A DNA stretch of 64,000 nucleotides from Arenicellales bacterium (GTDB taxonomy: Bacteria > Pseudomonadota > Gammaproteobacteria > Arenicellales > Poriferihabitantaceae), in assembly GCA_965116595.1 (NCBI GenBank), contig OZ220708.1, forward strand, positions 169,187 through 233,186. Reading direction: 5' to 3'. The notes beneath the pieces are model-generated. The model was given only the letters and a program-made list of their open reading frames with translations. It did no database searches and was not told the origin of the DNA. Of this stretch, positions 19,399 to 32,622 are shown piece after piece. The number at the start of each line of letters is the position of its first letter. Position 1 is the first letter of the stretch. The position numbers were made by a program, and so were the translations under genes.

Positions 19399-20506
19399 CC
19401 CTGTAATCCGGATTGTCTGTTTCGAACAACTGGCCAAACCTGATCAAATCCATACTGCCATTGATGTAGCGCTGAACATCCGCCAATAACGCAGGCGTAA
19501 AGAGATAGCCATGTCGATACAGTCCATTTACGGAAATCAGCCGGCCGCAGACTCGCACCCGCGGCAAATTGTCAGGATAAGCCGGTCGGCAGTTTGCCTC
19601 CATCGACAGAATCTGTGCTTCAGCAAAACCACTGTGGACAATATACAGCGCGGACAACAACTCAAGCGCGGACCGAACGGTCACATCATGCATCGCATCG
19701 CTTTCTATTTCCGTGGCGCCAATCACATATTCATGATTTCCGTGGGGCGCAATATAGAGCGGGTATCTGGGATGAATCAATCGAATCGATCTTTGGATAT
19801 TCACTTCAGGCGCGTACACCCGAATCAGCTCTCCCCGTACCCCTCTCAAGTCTGTCTGGGAAATCACGTCCGTATCGGATGACGCATTGAGCGCTCCCAA
19901 CCCCCGGCAATCGATCACCCAGTCAAACCTGCCGGATTGATACAACTCAGACAAACAGGATACACGATGATTCTCAAGCCAGTTGACACCGTGTTTCTCC
20001 AGGGCCACGTTCAATGCCTGATAAAGCTGGTGATTGGACAATACGGCTTCATCAGGGAAATAGCTCGCCTCACTGAACCGCTCTGCCAGTTCAGGCTCTA
20101 AAATACGAACACACTGTCGGTCAAGTCGTTGAAAACCGGACTCTCCAAGTTTTGAGATTGCCATCGAATTGAATCCACACCAATCCTCTCTATCCGAACC
20201 ATGCGCAACCACGAGGGTCCCCAGGGCCTGATAATAAATCGGGGTCTCCGTGAATTTTTCCAGGTCTGCAATCAGCCCCGGCCATAACGCCATGCTTGCA
20301 ACGCCCAGATCACGCACGGTCGCGTCTTTCAACACCGCCTCGGTATAAGGTGCAATCATGGCTGCCGCAGTCAACCCTGCACTGGTTCTGCTGTGGCGGT
20401 CGCGGCTTTCGATCAGGGTAACCTTATTACCCTCCTGGAGGAGTTGCCAGGCCGTCAATCTGCCCGCAAGTCCTGCACCGGCAACAGCGAATGATTGCTC
20501 AGGCAT
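19382..20506 (-). CDS. thiO: FAD-dependent glycine oxidase ThiO
   Basis: It has an N-terminal dinucleotide fold (AVAGAGLAGRL) and belongs to the DAO family. It lies between thiC and thiS. Confidence 0.8.
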   Translation of the reverse strand: MPEQSFAVAGAGLAGRLTAWQLLQEGNKVTLIESRDRHSRTSAGLTAAAMIAPYTEAVLKDATVRDLGVASMALWPGLIADLEKFTETPIYYQALGTLVVAHGSDREDWCGFNSMAISKLGESGFQRLDRQCVRILEPELAERFSEASYFPDEAVLSNHQLYQALNVALEKHGVNWLENHRVSCLSELYQSGRFDWVIDCRGLGALNASSDTDVISQTDLRGVRGELIRVYAPEVNIQRSIRLIHPRYPLYIAPHGNHEYVIGATEIESDAMHDVTVRSALELLSALYIVHSGFAEAQILSMEANCRPAYPDNLPRVRVCGRLISVNGLYRHGYLFTPALLADVQRYINGSMDLIRFGQLFETDNPDYRDEYYG

Positions 20507-20512
20507 TATAAA

Positions 20513-22555
<2,043 letters not shown>

Positions 22556-22849
22556 TTGCATGATGGTAACAGACTTCATTTTTCATGTCCATCGCCATAA
22601 CCGGCAACGAAATCCCAACGGTGATTTCCTTGCATGCGCCAGACCACTCAATTCGTCGCTGACATTATTTATAGAGTTGGTTAGCTCACTTGGCTGCCGT
22701 CTGTGGTAAAGTGCATAGTTTAGTTGAAGTTTTACGGAAGCAAAATGATTACCTGTACCATCGACATACTGGCGGGAATGCGGGAAGCGGAGCAAATTGC
22801 GCCGTTGTCATTGCCATTTTGCCAATTTAATTAAAGTCGTAGTGTGTAG

Positions 22850-23338
22850 ATGGCGGACTGGGTAGACAAAGATGGCTACAGGAAGAATGTAGGCATCATC
22901 GTGTGTAATTACGACCAGCAGGTCTTGTGGGCAAGGCGCGCCCGACACGACGGCTGGCAATTTCCACAGGGAGGGATTGAGCCTGAGGAATCTCCGCGTG
23001 AAGCGGCATTTCGGGAACTCTACGAAGAAATTGGTCTTGCTGATAAGGATGTGAAGTTATTGGGCAATACTGAAAGGTGGTTGCGATATGACGTGCCGTA
23101 TGCAATCAGGTCTCGCCGATATCTACAGCCCCGACAATTCCGGGGACAGAAACAAAGATGGTTCCTGTTTCAATTGATTACCCAGGAATCCCGGGTTCGT
23201 CTGGATATCTCTGAAAAACCGGAATTCGATTACTGGGAGTGGGTCGATTACTGGCAGCCGTTGAAACAGATCGTCGAATTCAAGAAACAGGTCTACAAAA
23301 AAGCGCTGACTGAACTGGAACCACTGTTGACTCGGTAA
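22850..23338 (+). CDS. rppH: RNA pyrophosphohydrolase (Nudix)
   Basis: The N-terminus reads DGYRKNVGIIV.N...VLWARR...WQFPQGGI. The Nudix box is E.PREAAFRELYEEIGL. Confidence 0.9.
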   Translation: MADWVDKDGYRKNVGIIVCNYDQQVLWARRARHDGWQFPQGGIEPEESPREAAFRELYEEIGLADKDVKLLGNTERWLRYDVPYAIRSRRYLQPRQFRGQKQRWFLFQLITQESRVRLDISEKPEFDYWEWVDYWQPLKQIVEFKKQVYKKALTELEPLLTR

Positions 23339-23351
23339 GGATAACCACGGA

Positions 23352-23407
23352 GGGTTGCCCCTACATCCGATGCGACGCGTAGGGACAGGCCTCTGTGCCT
23401 GTCCGCC
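23352..23407. repeat. REP-like element(s), family B
   Basis: gggttgcccctac ... cgtagggacaggcctctgtgcctgtccgcc, in the intergenic region between rppH and pmbA. Confidence 0.7.
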
Positions 23408-23417
23408 CTGTGGTCGT

Positions 23418-24800
23418 TCACTCGCCCGCGACTGTCAGATTCTCGATCAGGATTGATCCTGCCCTGATGTTTTTTCGTTGATCGACATCCGAACCGACTG
23501 CGGTCATTGCCTTGAACATCTCTTTCAGGTTTCCGGCAATCGTGAACTCCTGCACGGGGTACTGAATTTCCCCATTCTCTACCCAGAAACCAAATGCACC
23601 CCGTGAATAATCACCGGTTACGGTGTTTACGCCAAATCCGATGAGTTCGCTGACAACAATCCCCCGGCCCATATCACTGATCATCTGTTCCAGAGTACCG
23701 GAGGCGCCGGAATCATCTGCATAAGTACTGTCGAGTGTCAGATTATGTACACCCCCGGCATTACCCGTGGTTTGCATACCCAGCTTTCTGGCGGAATAAC
23801 TGTTCAGAAGGTAACTTTCGAGTACCCCATCGCAAACAATCCGGTTCGGCCGTGTTGCCACCCCTTCGTTATCGAATACTGCACTGCCCAACGCTCTTGG
23901 CAGACGGGGCTGCTCATAAATATTTGTGCCATGCGGAAAAATTCGCTGGCCTTTATGATCCAGCAGAAAGCTTGCCTTTCGATACAGGCTTGAGCCGCTG
24001 ATGGCCGAGACCAGGTGAGAAATAAGGCTGGATGAAACCCCTGAATCGTAAATAACCGGATATTCTCCAGTCTTTACCTTTCGAGCGCCGAGCCTTTGAA
24101 CCGTTCTTCTGGCTGCCTCCAGTCCGATTTCATCAGATGGAATCAGATCATCCGCATGCCGCTTGCAGTCATACCAGTAATCCCGATGCATATTTTCACC
24201 CGCTCCGGCAATAATCGAACAACCGATACTGTGCCGACTTCCTCTCGACAGCCCAAAGAATCCATGAGAATTTGCCAGCATGCTGATCCCGTCGTGACTG
24301 GACACGGTCGCGCCTTCGGTGTTGGTGATCCGGGAATCGCTGTCCATGGCAACGGTTTCACAGTTTGTCGCTACTTCGATCATCTGGTCAACCGGGATCG
24401 GCCATGGGCGGTTCAAGTCAAGGTCAGGAAATTCTGTAGCCAGATATTCAATTTCCGCCAATCCGTTAAACGGATCCTCTTCCGTAAATCTGGCAATATT
24501 ACAGGCTGAATTGATACAGGACCGGATCGCTTCACTCGAAAAATCGGTGGACGAGGCGCTTCCGCTGCGATGACCATAATACACCGTCACCCCAATATTT
24601 TTATCGCGGTTGTGCTCAACCGTTTCGACTTCACGGTTCCGCACGGTCACTGACCTGCCCTGCTCCTGGGAAATCGACACGTCGGCCCAGTCCGTGCCCT
24701 GCTGTTTTGCCAACTCCAGTGCACTGGACGCGACCCCGATCAGGCTATGCTCTATGTCGGTCTGCACGTCAGGACGCCATATTTGATTTGACCGGGCCAT
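23418..24800 (-). CDS. pmbA: Metalloprotease PmbA (TldE)
   Basis: 460-aa PmbA/TldD-family ORF directly downstream of tldD, with a 1-nt overlap. Confidence 0.9.
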   Translation of the reverse strand: MARSNQIWRPDVQTDIEHSLIGVASSALELAKQQGTDWADVSISQEQGRSVTVRNREVETVEHNRDKNIGVTVYYGHRSGSASSTDFSSEAIRSCINSACNIARFTEEDPFNGLAEIEYLATEFPDLDLNRPWPIPVDQMIEVATNCETVAMDSDSRITNTEGATVSSHDGISMLANSHGFFGLSRGSRHSIGCSIIAGAGENMHRDYWYDCKRHADDLIPSDEIGLEAARRTVQRLGARKVKTGEYPVIYDSGVSSSLISHLVSAISGSSLYRKASFLLDHKGQRIFPHGTNIYEQPRLPRALGSAVFDNEGVATRPNRIVCDGVLESYLLNSYSARKLGMQTTGNAGGVHNLTLDSTYADDSGASGTLEQMISDMGRGIVVSELIGFGVNTVTGDYSRGAFGFWVENGEIQYPVQEFTIAGNLKEMFKAMTAVGSDVDQRKNIRAGSILIENLTVAGE

Positions 24801-26248
24801 CAGACTGACACTCCGCCCACTGTAAGCCGGTCAATACGCATGGTAGGCTGGCCCACACCAACCGGTACGCTCTGTCCCTCTTTTCCACAAACCCCCACCC
24901 CGGAGTCAAGCGCCATATCATTACCGACCATGGACACCCGGGTCAGTACTTCGGGGCCATTGCCGATCAGGGTAGCGCCCTTGACCGGATAAGTGACCCT
25001 GCCTTTTTCGATCATGTAGGCTTCAGAAGCGCTGAAGACGAATTTTCCGGAGGTAATATCCACCTGCCCGCCCCCGAAGTTTACGGCGTACAGCCCCTTA
25101 TCCACCGAGGCGATAATATCCCCGGGGTCATGATTTCCGGCATGCATATAAGTATTGGTCATTCTCGGCATCGGCAAATGTGCATAGGATTCCCTGCGGC
25201 CATTACCGGTTGGCGCCATGCCCATCAGACGCGCGTTCAGATTGTCCTGCATGTAGCCAGTCAGGATTCCATTTTTAATCAGTACCGTATCCTGGCCAGG
25301 TGTTCCCTCATCATCAATTGACAACGACCCGCGACGATTTTCAATGGTGCCGTCATCAACCACGGTACACAATTCGGAAGCCACCTTTTCCCCGATCCTG
25401 CCGCTGAAGGCAGAAGTCCCCTTGCGATTGAAATCCCCTTCCAGCCCATGTCCAATCGCTTCATGCAGCAGTATCCCCGGCCAGCCCGGACCGAGCACGA
25501 CCACCATTTCACCTGCCGGGGCTTCCCTCGACTCCAGTGAGACCAGCGCCTGGCGAACCGCCTCTTCCGCATATCCGTGCGCACGATTGTTTTGGGTGAA
25601 ATATCCGTAGTCATAGCGTCCGCCGCCGCCGCTGGAGCCCTGTTCCAGCCTGCCGTTATGCTCAACAATGACGTGAACGTTCATTCGCACCAGCGGACGG
25701 ACATCCGCAGCCAGCAGGCCGTCAGAGCGAACTACCATCACCACGTCGTGTAAACCTGCCAGGCTGACCATTACCTGTGTGATTCGACTATCGATTGCCC
25801 TTGCTGTTTTCTCCACTTCCTGTAACAACGCAACCTTGTCTTCATCGCGCATCGAATCGGAAGGATTAAATGGCTCATACAACCGGGTAAGCGCTTGATC
25901 GTGGGGCTGGATTTTTATCACATTCTCGTTATTGCTGCTCCTGGCAATGGCCTTTGCCGTATCCGCGGCGCTGGTTAACGCTGGCAGGATGATTTCATCG
26001 GAGTAGGCAAATCCTGTTTTCTCCCCGCTGACCGCACGAATCCCTACCCCCTGATCAATACTGTAGCTTCCCGACTTGACTGTTCCTTCGTCCAGCGACC
26101 ATGATTCCCGGCGGGAATGCTGGAAATACAGATCCGCATAGTCGATCTTCGGCCCCATCACCTGATTTATGGTTCGGGTCAGGTCGTGGTCGCCCAGCCC
26201 TGTGGGTTCGAGCAATAACTGCATTGCAGTTTCAAGTTGGTCAGTCAT
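24800..26248 (-). CDS. tldD: Metalloprotease TldD
   Basis: 482-aa ORF with the [11 protein letters not shown] zinc-binding motif typical of TldD. Confidence 0.95.
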   Translation of the reverse strand: MTDQLETAMQLLLEPTGLGDHDLTRTINQVMGPKIDYADLYFQHSRRESWSLDEGTVKSGSYSIDQGVGIRAVSGEKTGFAYSDEIILPALTSAADTAKAIARSSNNENVIKIQPHDQALTRLYEPFNPSDSMRDEDKVALLQEVEKTARAIDSRITQVMVSLAGLHDVVMVVRSDGLLAADVRPLVRMNVHVIVEHNGRLEQGSSGGGGRYDYGYFTQNNRAHGYAEEAVRQALVSLESREAPAGEMVVVLGPGWPGILLHEAIGHGLEGDFNRKGTSAFSGRIGEKVASELCTVVDDGTIENRRGSLSIDDEGTPGQDTVLIKNGILTGYMQDNLNARLMGMAPTGNGRRESYAHLPMPRMTNTYMHAGNHDPGDIIASVDKGLYAVNFGGGQVDITSGKFVFSASEAYMIEKGRVTYPVKGATLIGNGPEVLTRVSMVGNDMALDSGVGVCGKEGQSVPVGVGQPTMRIDRLTVGGVSV

Positions 26249-26273
26249 CGATTCAGGTCAGAATTGGATTAAA

Positions 26274-27119
26274 TTAAAACAGGTCGAAACGACAATGCGA
26301 AAGCGAAGGCAGTTGTTGGCGAATGCGATGCAATTGTTCTCGATCAATCCTGCTGTGGACACTGCCCCAACCGGTTTTCAGTTCGGCGACAATGTTCCCC
26401 CATGGGTCAATGATAACAGTATGGCCCCAGGTTTTGCGTTTTTTATTGTGTTGCCCGAATTGTGCCGGCGCCACCACATAACAACTGTTTTCTATCGCTC
26501 TTGCTCTTAATAATGGCATCCAGTGATCCTTTCCGGTGGTATAGGCGAAGGCGGAAGGAACCACCAGAATTTCGGCGCCCCTTTGCACAAGCCGGCGATA
26601 TAACTCGGGAAACCGAAGGTCATAACAAACCGACAAACCGATTTTACCTGCCGGCGTATCGACCACCTCGATTCGGCTGCCCGGCAAGGTATAATCAGAT
26701 TCGTGATAATGCTCACCACCGGCCAGGGACACATCAAACAGAAATATCTTGTCGTAACGGGCCACTCGTTCTCCATGATTGTCGTAGACCAGCAGCGAGT
26801 TGGTTATTTTTTCTGGATCAGCGGAGCGCATTGGCACGCTTCCTCCCAGGATCCAGATATTATTCTCGTGCGCGGTTCGGGACAGAAAGCCCTGTATTTT
26901 CCCTTTGCCATCCTTCTCGGCGCATTGCAGTAACCGGGATATACCGGACGGCATCAGGCCGAAGCACTCCGGCAATACAACCACCTGATTTCCTGCATCA
27001 TCCTGCTGCCTGCCATCAGGATGACAGGCACGGGAGATATGTTTCGCAAGCGCCGTCAGATTACGGTCGATGTCGTCACCGGAATTGGTCTGGATTGCAA
27101 TTACAGTGCCCATTGTCAC
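26274..27119 (-). CDS. Carbon-nitrogen hydrolase (nitrilase superfamily) protein
   Basis: Catalytic-triad context is present: VVLPECF (Glu), K (YDKIFLFD) and SVCYDLRFPELY (Cys). This family is commonly adjacent to tldD. Confidence 0.8.
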   Translation of the reverse strand: MTMGTVIAIQTNSGDDIDRNLTALAKHISRACHPDGRQQDDAGNQVVVLPECFGLMPSGISRLLQCAEKDGKGKIQGFLSRTAHENNIWILGGSVPMRSADPEKITNSLLVYDNHGERVARYDKIFLFDVSLAGGEHYHESDYTLPGSRIEVVDTPAGKIGLSVCYDLRFPELYRRLVQRGAEILVVPSAFAYTTGKDHWMPLLRARAIENSCYVVAPAQFGQHNKKRKTWGHTVIIDPWGNIVAELKTGWGSVHSRIDREQLHRIRQQLPSLSHCRFDLF

Positions 27120-27669
27120 ATCCGGTCGGGCAGTCAGGCCCTGATGTTACAAAACTGTAGAATAAATGATTGCCGACCCTGGCGATCGGTTTATTTTCTG
27201 ATGCCCAGTAGGGCTGCACTGTCGAGGCATGATAATGGGTGGCGTTACCGACCTCTGTCATTTTCTCGCTTTCGAGAAATGACCTGGCCAGTGTCAGTGA
27301 CTGTTGCCATGCTCTCTGATCAGTGACAGAGTGAAATTTTGAAGCGGCCTGGGTCCAACTGAATTGTTTCCTTTGCCACACGACCTCACAGACCGTGTCA
27401 GGATAGTCCTCGCTGTTTACCCTGTTCATGGTTACCGCAGCGATTGCCACCTGCCCTTTACTATTCTCGCCACGTCCTTCGTGGTAAATATTCAATGCCA
27501 GACAACCCAGTTCCTGGCCCGGAGTCACGTTGGAAAAATTGAAATCATGAACCGGACCGGTCTGGTCGGCGTAGCTGAAGGTGGTTAACAGGATGCCGGA
27601 TGCCAGCCCCGATACCAAAACGATTTTGACACAGATCTTCCCAACAATAGTTTTGATATTCATAACCAC
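27076..27669 (-). CDS. Cell-wall hydrolase, SleB/Hydrolase_2-like, secreted
   Basis: It has an N-terminal signal-like hydrophobic segment. The core LALNIYHEGRGE...AIAAVTMNRV....YPDTVCEVVWQ..QFSW...NATHYH is typical of the family. Confidence 0.75.
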   Translation of the reverse strand: MVMNIKTIVGKICVKIVLVSGLASGILLTTFSYADQTGPVHDFNFSNVTPGQELGCLALNIYHEGRGENSKGQVAIAAVTMNRVNSEDYPDTVCEVVWQRKQFSWTQAASKFHSVTDQRAWQQSLTLARSFLESEKMTEVGNATHYHASTVQPYWASENKPIARVGNHLFYSFVTSGPDCPTGCDNGHCNCNPDQFR

Positions 27670-27774
27670 TGTGCGCTTTTAAAACGATTAATTGAACCAT
27701 AATATTACCATAATTTATACATAAATATACAATCAACTCAAAATTATTCCGTTTTTTTATTGCAGCGGACCCAT

Positions 27775-29355
27775 TCATACTTCTCTTGTAGTACGGAACT
27801 CGACATCAGGCCAGCGCTTGATTACTAGTTGCAGATTGGCCCGATTGGGGGCGATATAGACTAACGTATCCTGTCCATCCAGCGCCAGATTCTGTTCGTT
27901 GCGGCGCATGAACCCGGTTTCATCCGAAGGGTTTGTGAATTTGATCCAGCGCGCAGTGGATACCGGCACCGCTTCAAACATGCAGTCCACACCGTATTCT
28001 GTCTGGAGACGATGGGCCACCACATCAAACTGCAGAATCCCCACTGCGCCGAGAATCAGGTCATTGTTAGCCAATGGTGAAAATATCTGGGTGGCGCCTT
28101 CTTCACTGAGTTGGATCAGTCCCTTTTGTAACGCCTTGGCGCGCAATGGATCCTTCAGACGAACCCTCCTGAACAATTCGGGAGCAAAATTGGGAATCCC
28201 GGTAAATTTCAGGGCCTCTCCCTGTGTGAAGGTGTCGCCAATCCGGATAGTACCGTGATTGTGCAACCCCAGAATATCTCCGGCAAAAGCGTCTTCTGTC
28301 TGTCCGCGTCTGGCTGCCATGAAAGTATGTGCATTATGCACAGTCATGAATCTTTCTGCCCGCACGTGGCGAATTTTCATTCCCTTTCGGAATTCTCCGG
28401 AAGTAATACGTAAAAAGGCGATCCGGTCATGGTGCGCCGGGTCCATATTGGCCTGAATCTTGAAAACAAACCCGGTGAATTTTTCCTCCCCTGCCTCGAC
28501 CACCCGTGTTTCAGTTGCCCGTGACTGTGGGCCAGGCGCACAATCCACGAAATTATCCACCAGTTCATCCGTACCCTGACGATTCAACGCAGAGCCGAAT
28601 AAAACCGGAGTGAGTTCCCCGCGGCGATAAGCGGAAATGTCAAATTCATGACTTGCGCCCCTGACCAGATCCACTTCTTCACGCAGTTCTTCAGCCAGAC
28701 TGCCAATCTTTTCATCCAGCGCCGGATGATCCAGCCCCTGGATGAATTCATCCTGTTCGAAACCCCCGCGTCCCTTGAAGAAATGAACCACGTCATCATA
28801 CAAACGATAAACCCCGACAAACAGCTTTCCAGAGCCGACTGGCCAGGTCAACGGCGCACATTTGATTTTCAAAATCCGTTCAACTTCATCCATCACATCG
28901 ATCGGGTCACGCCCCTCCCGGTCCATCTTGTTGACAAAGGTCATGATCGGCGTATCGCGCAGGCGGCAGACGTCCATCAGCTTGACTGTCCTCTCTTCCA
29001 CTCCTTTGGCGATGTCGATCACCATCAGCGCTGAATCAACCGCAGTCAGGGTACGATAGGTATCTTCGGAAAAATCCGCGTGACCGGGGGTATCAAGCAA
29101 ATTCACGATACGATCCTTGTAGGAAAACTGCATCACGGAAGAAGTCACCGATATGCCCCTCTGCTTTTCCAGTTCCATCCAGTCTGACGTAGCGTAGCGA
29201 TTGCTTTTGCGTGCCTTGACTGTACCGGCAAGCTGGATGGCTCCTCCGTATTGCAGGAAGCGTTCAGTCAGTGTCGTCTTTCCGGCATCCGGGTGCGAGA
29301 TGATTGCGAATGTTCTTCGCCTGTTGATTTGATTGGCAGGATTTTCATTGCTCAT
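27775..29355 (-). CDS. prfC: Peptide chain release factor 3
   Basis: The start was set at [31 protein letters not shown]. The 66 extra N-terminal codons of the track ORF are translated REP repeats. Confidence 0.95.
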   Translation of the reverse strand: MSNENPANQINRRRTFAIISHPDAGKTTLTERFLQYGGAIQLAGTVKARKSNRYATSDWMELEKQRGISVTSSVMQFSYKDRIVNLLDTPGHADFSEDTYRTLTAVDSALMVIDIAKGVEERTVKLMDVCRLRDTPIMTFVNKMDREGRDPIDVMDEVERILKIKCAPLTWPVGSGKLFVGVYRLYDDVVHFFKGRGGFEQDEFIQGLDHPALDEKIGSLAEELREEVDLVRGASHEFDISAYRRGELTPVLFGSALNRQGTDELVDNFVDCAPGPQSRATETRVVEAGEEKFTGFVFKIQANMDPAHHDRIAFLRITSGEFRKGMKIRHVRAERFMTVHNAHTFMAARRGQTEDAFAGDILGLHNHGTIRIGDTFTQGEALKFTGIPNFAPELFRRVRLKDPLRAKALQKGLIQLSEEGATQIFSPLANNDLILGAVGILQFDVVAHRLQTEYGVDCMFEAVPVSTARWIKFTNPSDETGFMRRNEQNLALDGQDTLVYIAPNRANLQLVIKRWPDVEFRTTREV

Positions 29356-29380
29356 TGTCTTTGTCCCCGACTCCAATAAT

Positions 29381-29545
29381 GTCCTGGACAGGCACGACCA
29401 GCCCATCGCAGGGACAATCCCCCGTGGTTGTCCGGTACAGTTGTAACCAGCCCCATCGCAGGAACAACCCCAGTACACCTCCGGACTCGCCACAACCATC
29501 GTAGGGACAACCCCCCGTGGCTGTCCGGTACAGTCGTCACCGCTC
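29381..29545. repeat. Cluster of REP-like elements (family B variants)
   Basis: Several imperfect copies of catcg[ct]agggacaa[tc]cccccgtgg[tc]tgtccggtacag lie between the divergent prfC and uup genes. Confidence 0.8.
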
Positions 29546-29604
29546 CGGTGCAAAGTGCGTTATTGTACAATCTGATTGAACGCTTTCAATGCATAAAATC
29601 ACCG

Positions 29605-31488
29605 ATGTCTTTACTCACCATATCCAGGTTATCCATCGCCTTTGGTCATCACAGGCTGCTGGATAATGCCAACCTGTCCCTGGACAAGAAGCAGAGGGTC
29701 GGGCTGATTGGCAGAAACGGTGAAGGTAAATCGACGCTGCTTGCTATCCTGGACCAGAGAATCACCGCTGACGAAGGTGATTTCAGAGCAAGACCCGGTC
29801 TGAAAATCGCCCTCCTGGACCAGACACCTGATCCGGTTGAAAATGAATCCGTGTTTAACCTGGTTGCCAGGGGACTCGGCGATACAGGCCAGGTGTTGGC
29901 TGAATACCATCAGGTTTCGACCATGGCCGCGATTGACCATGGTCAACTGAAGCGGCTGGATGAACTGCAACAAAAACTCGACAACAGTGATGGCTGGAAT
30001 GCGCATGCCCGGATAAACAAGGCGCTCAGCCGACTGAATCTGAATGCGGATGACAGGGTGTCTGCATTATCCGGTGGATGGCAACGCAGAGCCGCTCTGG
30101 CCCAGGCGCTGGTCAGCAATCCCGACCTCCTGTTACTGGATGAACCGACCAATCATCTCGATACCGACGCCATTGTCTGGCTGGAGCGCCAACTCCTCAA
30201 ATTCAAGGGCGCTATTTTGTTTGTCACGCACGACCGTGAATTCTTACAGAATGTCTGTACCGATATCCTCGAACTTGATCGCGGGAAACTGGTCAACTGG
30301 CCCGGCGGCTATAGTGATTATCTGTCCCGGAAAGCGGCTGCGCTTGAACAGGAGCGCAGGCAAAATGCGGTCTTTGACAAGAAACTTGCCAAGGAAGAAG
30401 CCTGGATTCGACAGGGAATCAAGGCCAGGCGGACACGCAATGAAGGCAGGGCTAGGGCGCTGCAAAAAATGCGTACAGAGCAGGCCCGCAGAAGGAACAA
30501 ACCATCGAATACACGTCTGGAAATAAACAAGGGCTCCGAAAGCGGGAAAACCGTCATTGAAGCGGAAAAAATCAACTTCAAGATCAATCAGCAGATTATC
30601 GTCAGGGATTTTTCGACCCGCATCATACGCGGCGACCGGATAGGATTGATCGGGCCGAATGGCATCGGCAAAACGACATTGTTGAAAATCCTGCTGAAGG
30701 AAATCGAACCTCAAACCGGTTCGGTCCAGCACGGCACCCATCTGAAGGTTGCCAGCTTCGATCAATCACGGGCACAACTGGACCTGGAGAAAACCATTGT
30801 TGACATGATCGGTCAGGGCCGGGAGCAAATCAGCATTAACGGCAAGGACAAACACGTAATCAGTTATCTGGCGGATTTCCTGTTCGCGCCCGTCAGGGCC
30901 CGTTCGCCGATAAAATCATTATCCGGAGGTGAACGCGCGCGAGCGCTACTTGCCATGCTTTTCAGCAGACCTGTCAATTTGCTGATCATGGATGAGCCCA
31001 CCAACGACCTTGATATTGAAACCCTGGAATTGCTGGAAGAACAGCTTCTCCAATTCGATGGCACGCTGTTGATGGTCTCGCATGATCGCAGGTTTCTCGA
31101 CAATGTGGTTACCAGCACCCTGTCCTTTGAAGGGATGGGCAGAATCAACGATAACGTGGGCGGCTATTCAGACTGGCTGAAACACAGCAGTAAAGCCAGA
31201 CCCCGGCAAACGCCTGAAAAGACTGTAAAGCCCGTGTCCGGGAAATCAGATCGGAAAATCACCGGGAAAAAGAAAAAACCCGGGTTTAACGAGCAACGTG
31301 AACTGTCGGCGCTGACGGCAAAAATCGAGCATCTGGAAAACCACCAGACCAGCCTGACCCGAACCATCTCGGAGCCGGACTTCTATAATCGGTCACGGAA
31401 TGAAATCAATGCCGCCCTCGATGAAATTAAGTCCATAAGCACGCAACTTGAGCAGTGCTGGCAACGCTGGGAGGAACTGGATTCCTGA
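29605..31488 (+). CDS. uup: ABC-F family ATPase (Uup-like)
   Basis: The start was set at ATG 29605 (MSLLTISRLSIAFG). It has two ABC cassettes (GRNGEGKST / LSGGWQRR; GPNGIGKTT / LSGGERAR) and a C-terminal coiled-coil tail. Confidence 0.9.
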   Translation: MSLLTISRLSIAFGHHRLLDNANLSLDKKQRVGLIGRNGEGKSTLLAILDQRITADEGDFRARPGLKIALLDQTPDPVENESVFNLVARGLGDTGQVLAEYHQVSTMAAIDHGQLKRLDELQQKLDNSDGWNAHARINKALSRLNLNADDRVSALSGGWQRRAALAQALVSNPDLLLLDEPTNHLDTDAIVWLERQLLKFKGAILFVTHDREFLQNVCTDILELDRGKLVNWPGGYSDYLSRKAAALEQERRQNAVFDKKLAKEEAWIRQGIKARRTRNEGRARALQKMRTEQARRRNKPSNTRLEINKGSESGKTVIEAEKINFKINQQIIVRDFSTRIIRGDRIGLIGPNGIGKTTLLKILLKEIEPQTGSVQHGTHLKVASFDQSRAQLDLEKTIVDMIGQGREQISINGKDKHVISYLADFLFAPVRARSPIKSLSGGERARALLAMLFSRPVNLLIMDEPTNDLDIETLELLEEQLLQFDGTLLMVSHDRRFLDNVVTSTLSFEGMGRINDNVGGYSDWLKHSSKARPRQTPEKTVKPVSGKSDRKITGKKKKPGFNEQRELSALTAKIEHLENHQTSLTRTISEPDFYNRSRNEINAALDEIKSISTQLEQCWQRWEELDS

Positions 31489-32268
31489 TCATGTGTTCAG
31501 GCAAATGGCGCCCACCTGGCGGCCATAGCGCTTTTCCCCTTTATGACATGCCCGGCGATAGCTGAAAAACCGCCCCTCATTGCTGTAGGTATCCTCAAAC
31601 ATACGGTGGACTTTTACAATTCCCGCTTTTTTCAGTCTTTTCTCGATATATAAAGGCAGGTCGAACATTCGCTTGTGATCGGCCTCTGCCGGGCTGAAAC
31701 AATCCTTGCACTCGGCGCCGGATTGAGTAAACACCTGGTCCTGGATTTCGACGCTGACCTCGTAGGATTGGGATTGAATTGCAGGGCCGATCACTGCCTT
31801 GATATTGCTGATTTTGGCGCCGCGCCCGCACATTGCGTCAATGACTGAGTCGGTAATCCCGCCAATCGCTCCTTTCCACCCTGCATGAGCCGCTCCGATC
31901 ACCCCGTTTTTCGGGCCGACGAACAATACCGGAGCACAATCCGCTCCCAGTATACCCAGAGCTATCCCCTTTTCACATGTAACCATCCCGTCCCCTGCAA
32001 GGATCTCATCCGGATGCGAATTTTGATCGATCACATGAACGACGTTACTATGTACCTGTCTGAGACTGACCATGCGTTCGCAGTTGAGTGCAGCAGCCAC
32101 TCTTGAGCGGTTTTCCAGCACATGTTCCAGATGATCACCCGAAAACTGCCCGCAATTCAGGGAATCGAACTCCCCTTGCGATACCCCGCCCTGGCGAGTG
32201 AAAAAACCATGATTGATTTCGGATTGATGGCCCAACAACGGGCTTTGCAGAAAAGGCAACGAAGTCAT
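31489..32268 (-). CDS. pgeF: Peptidoglycan editing factor PgeF (YfiH/laccase-domain protein)
   Basis: 259-aa ORF with YfiH motifs (HGFFTR.GG.S, QVHS..V, ADC.PV, HAGW.G). Confidence 0.85.
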   Translation of the reverse strand: MTSLPFLQSPLLGHQSEINHGFFTRQGGVSQGEFDSLNCGQFSGDHLEHVLENRSRVAAALNCERMVSLRQVHSNVVHVIDQNSHPDEILAGDGMVTCEKGIALGILGADCAPVLFVGPKNGVIGAAHAGWKGAIGGITDSVIDAMCGRGAKISNIKAVIGPAIQSQSYEVSVEIQDQVFTQSGAECKDCFSPAEADHKRMFDLPLYIEKRLKKAGIVKVHRMFEDTYSNEGRFFSYRRACHKGEKRYGRQVGAICLNT

Positions 32269-32366
32269 AAGGCAAATTTACCAATAAAACCATACTGAAT
32301 CCATTGCCGGTTGGTAGCTTGCCCAATCCGGGTCATATATAATCCGCCCCGAGCACGACCTGAACC

Positions 32367-32454
32367 GGAGAGTTGGCAGAGCGGTCGAATGCGGCGGTCT
32401 TGAAAACCGTTGACTGTAACAGGTCCGGGGGTTCGAATCCCTCACTCTCCGCCA
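32367..32454 (+). tRNA. tRNA-Ser (anticodon UGA)
   Basis: GGAGAGTTGGCAGAGCGGTCGAATGCGGCGGTCTTGAAAACCGTTGACTGTAACAGGTCCGGGGGTTCGAATCCCTCACTCTCCGCCA. It has a long variable arm, the anticodon loop CTTGAAA and the acceptor stem GGAGAGT/ACTCTCC. Confidence 0.95.
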
Positions 32455-32461
32455 TATCCGT

Positions 32462-32566
32462 TCGCCCGTGCCTGTCCGAACTCGCCCCGGCCATCCGTAG
32501 GGACAGGCCACCGTGCCTGTCCGCCACCATCCGCCCCATGCCTGTCCAGGACAACCACAGGGGTTA
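32462..32566. repeat. REP-like elements (family B) downstream of tRNA-Ser
   Basis: ccgtagggacaggccaccgtgcctgtccgcc plus flanking half-sites. Confidence 0.75.
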
Positions 32567-32622
32567 TCCTTACTTCATCATTGTCATAATTAATTGCATA
32601 AAGTATCGAATAATGATACTTT

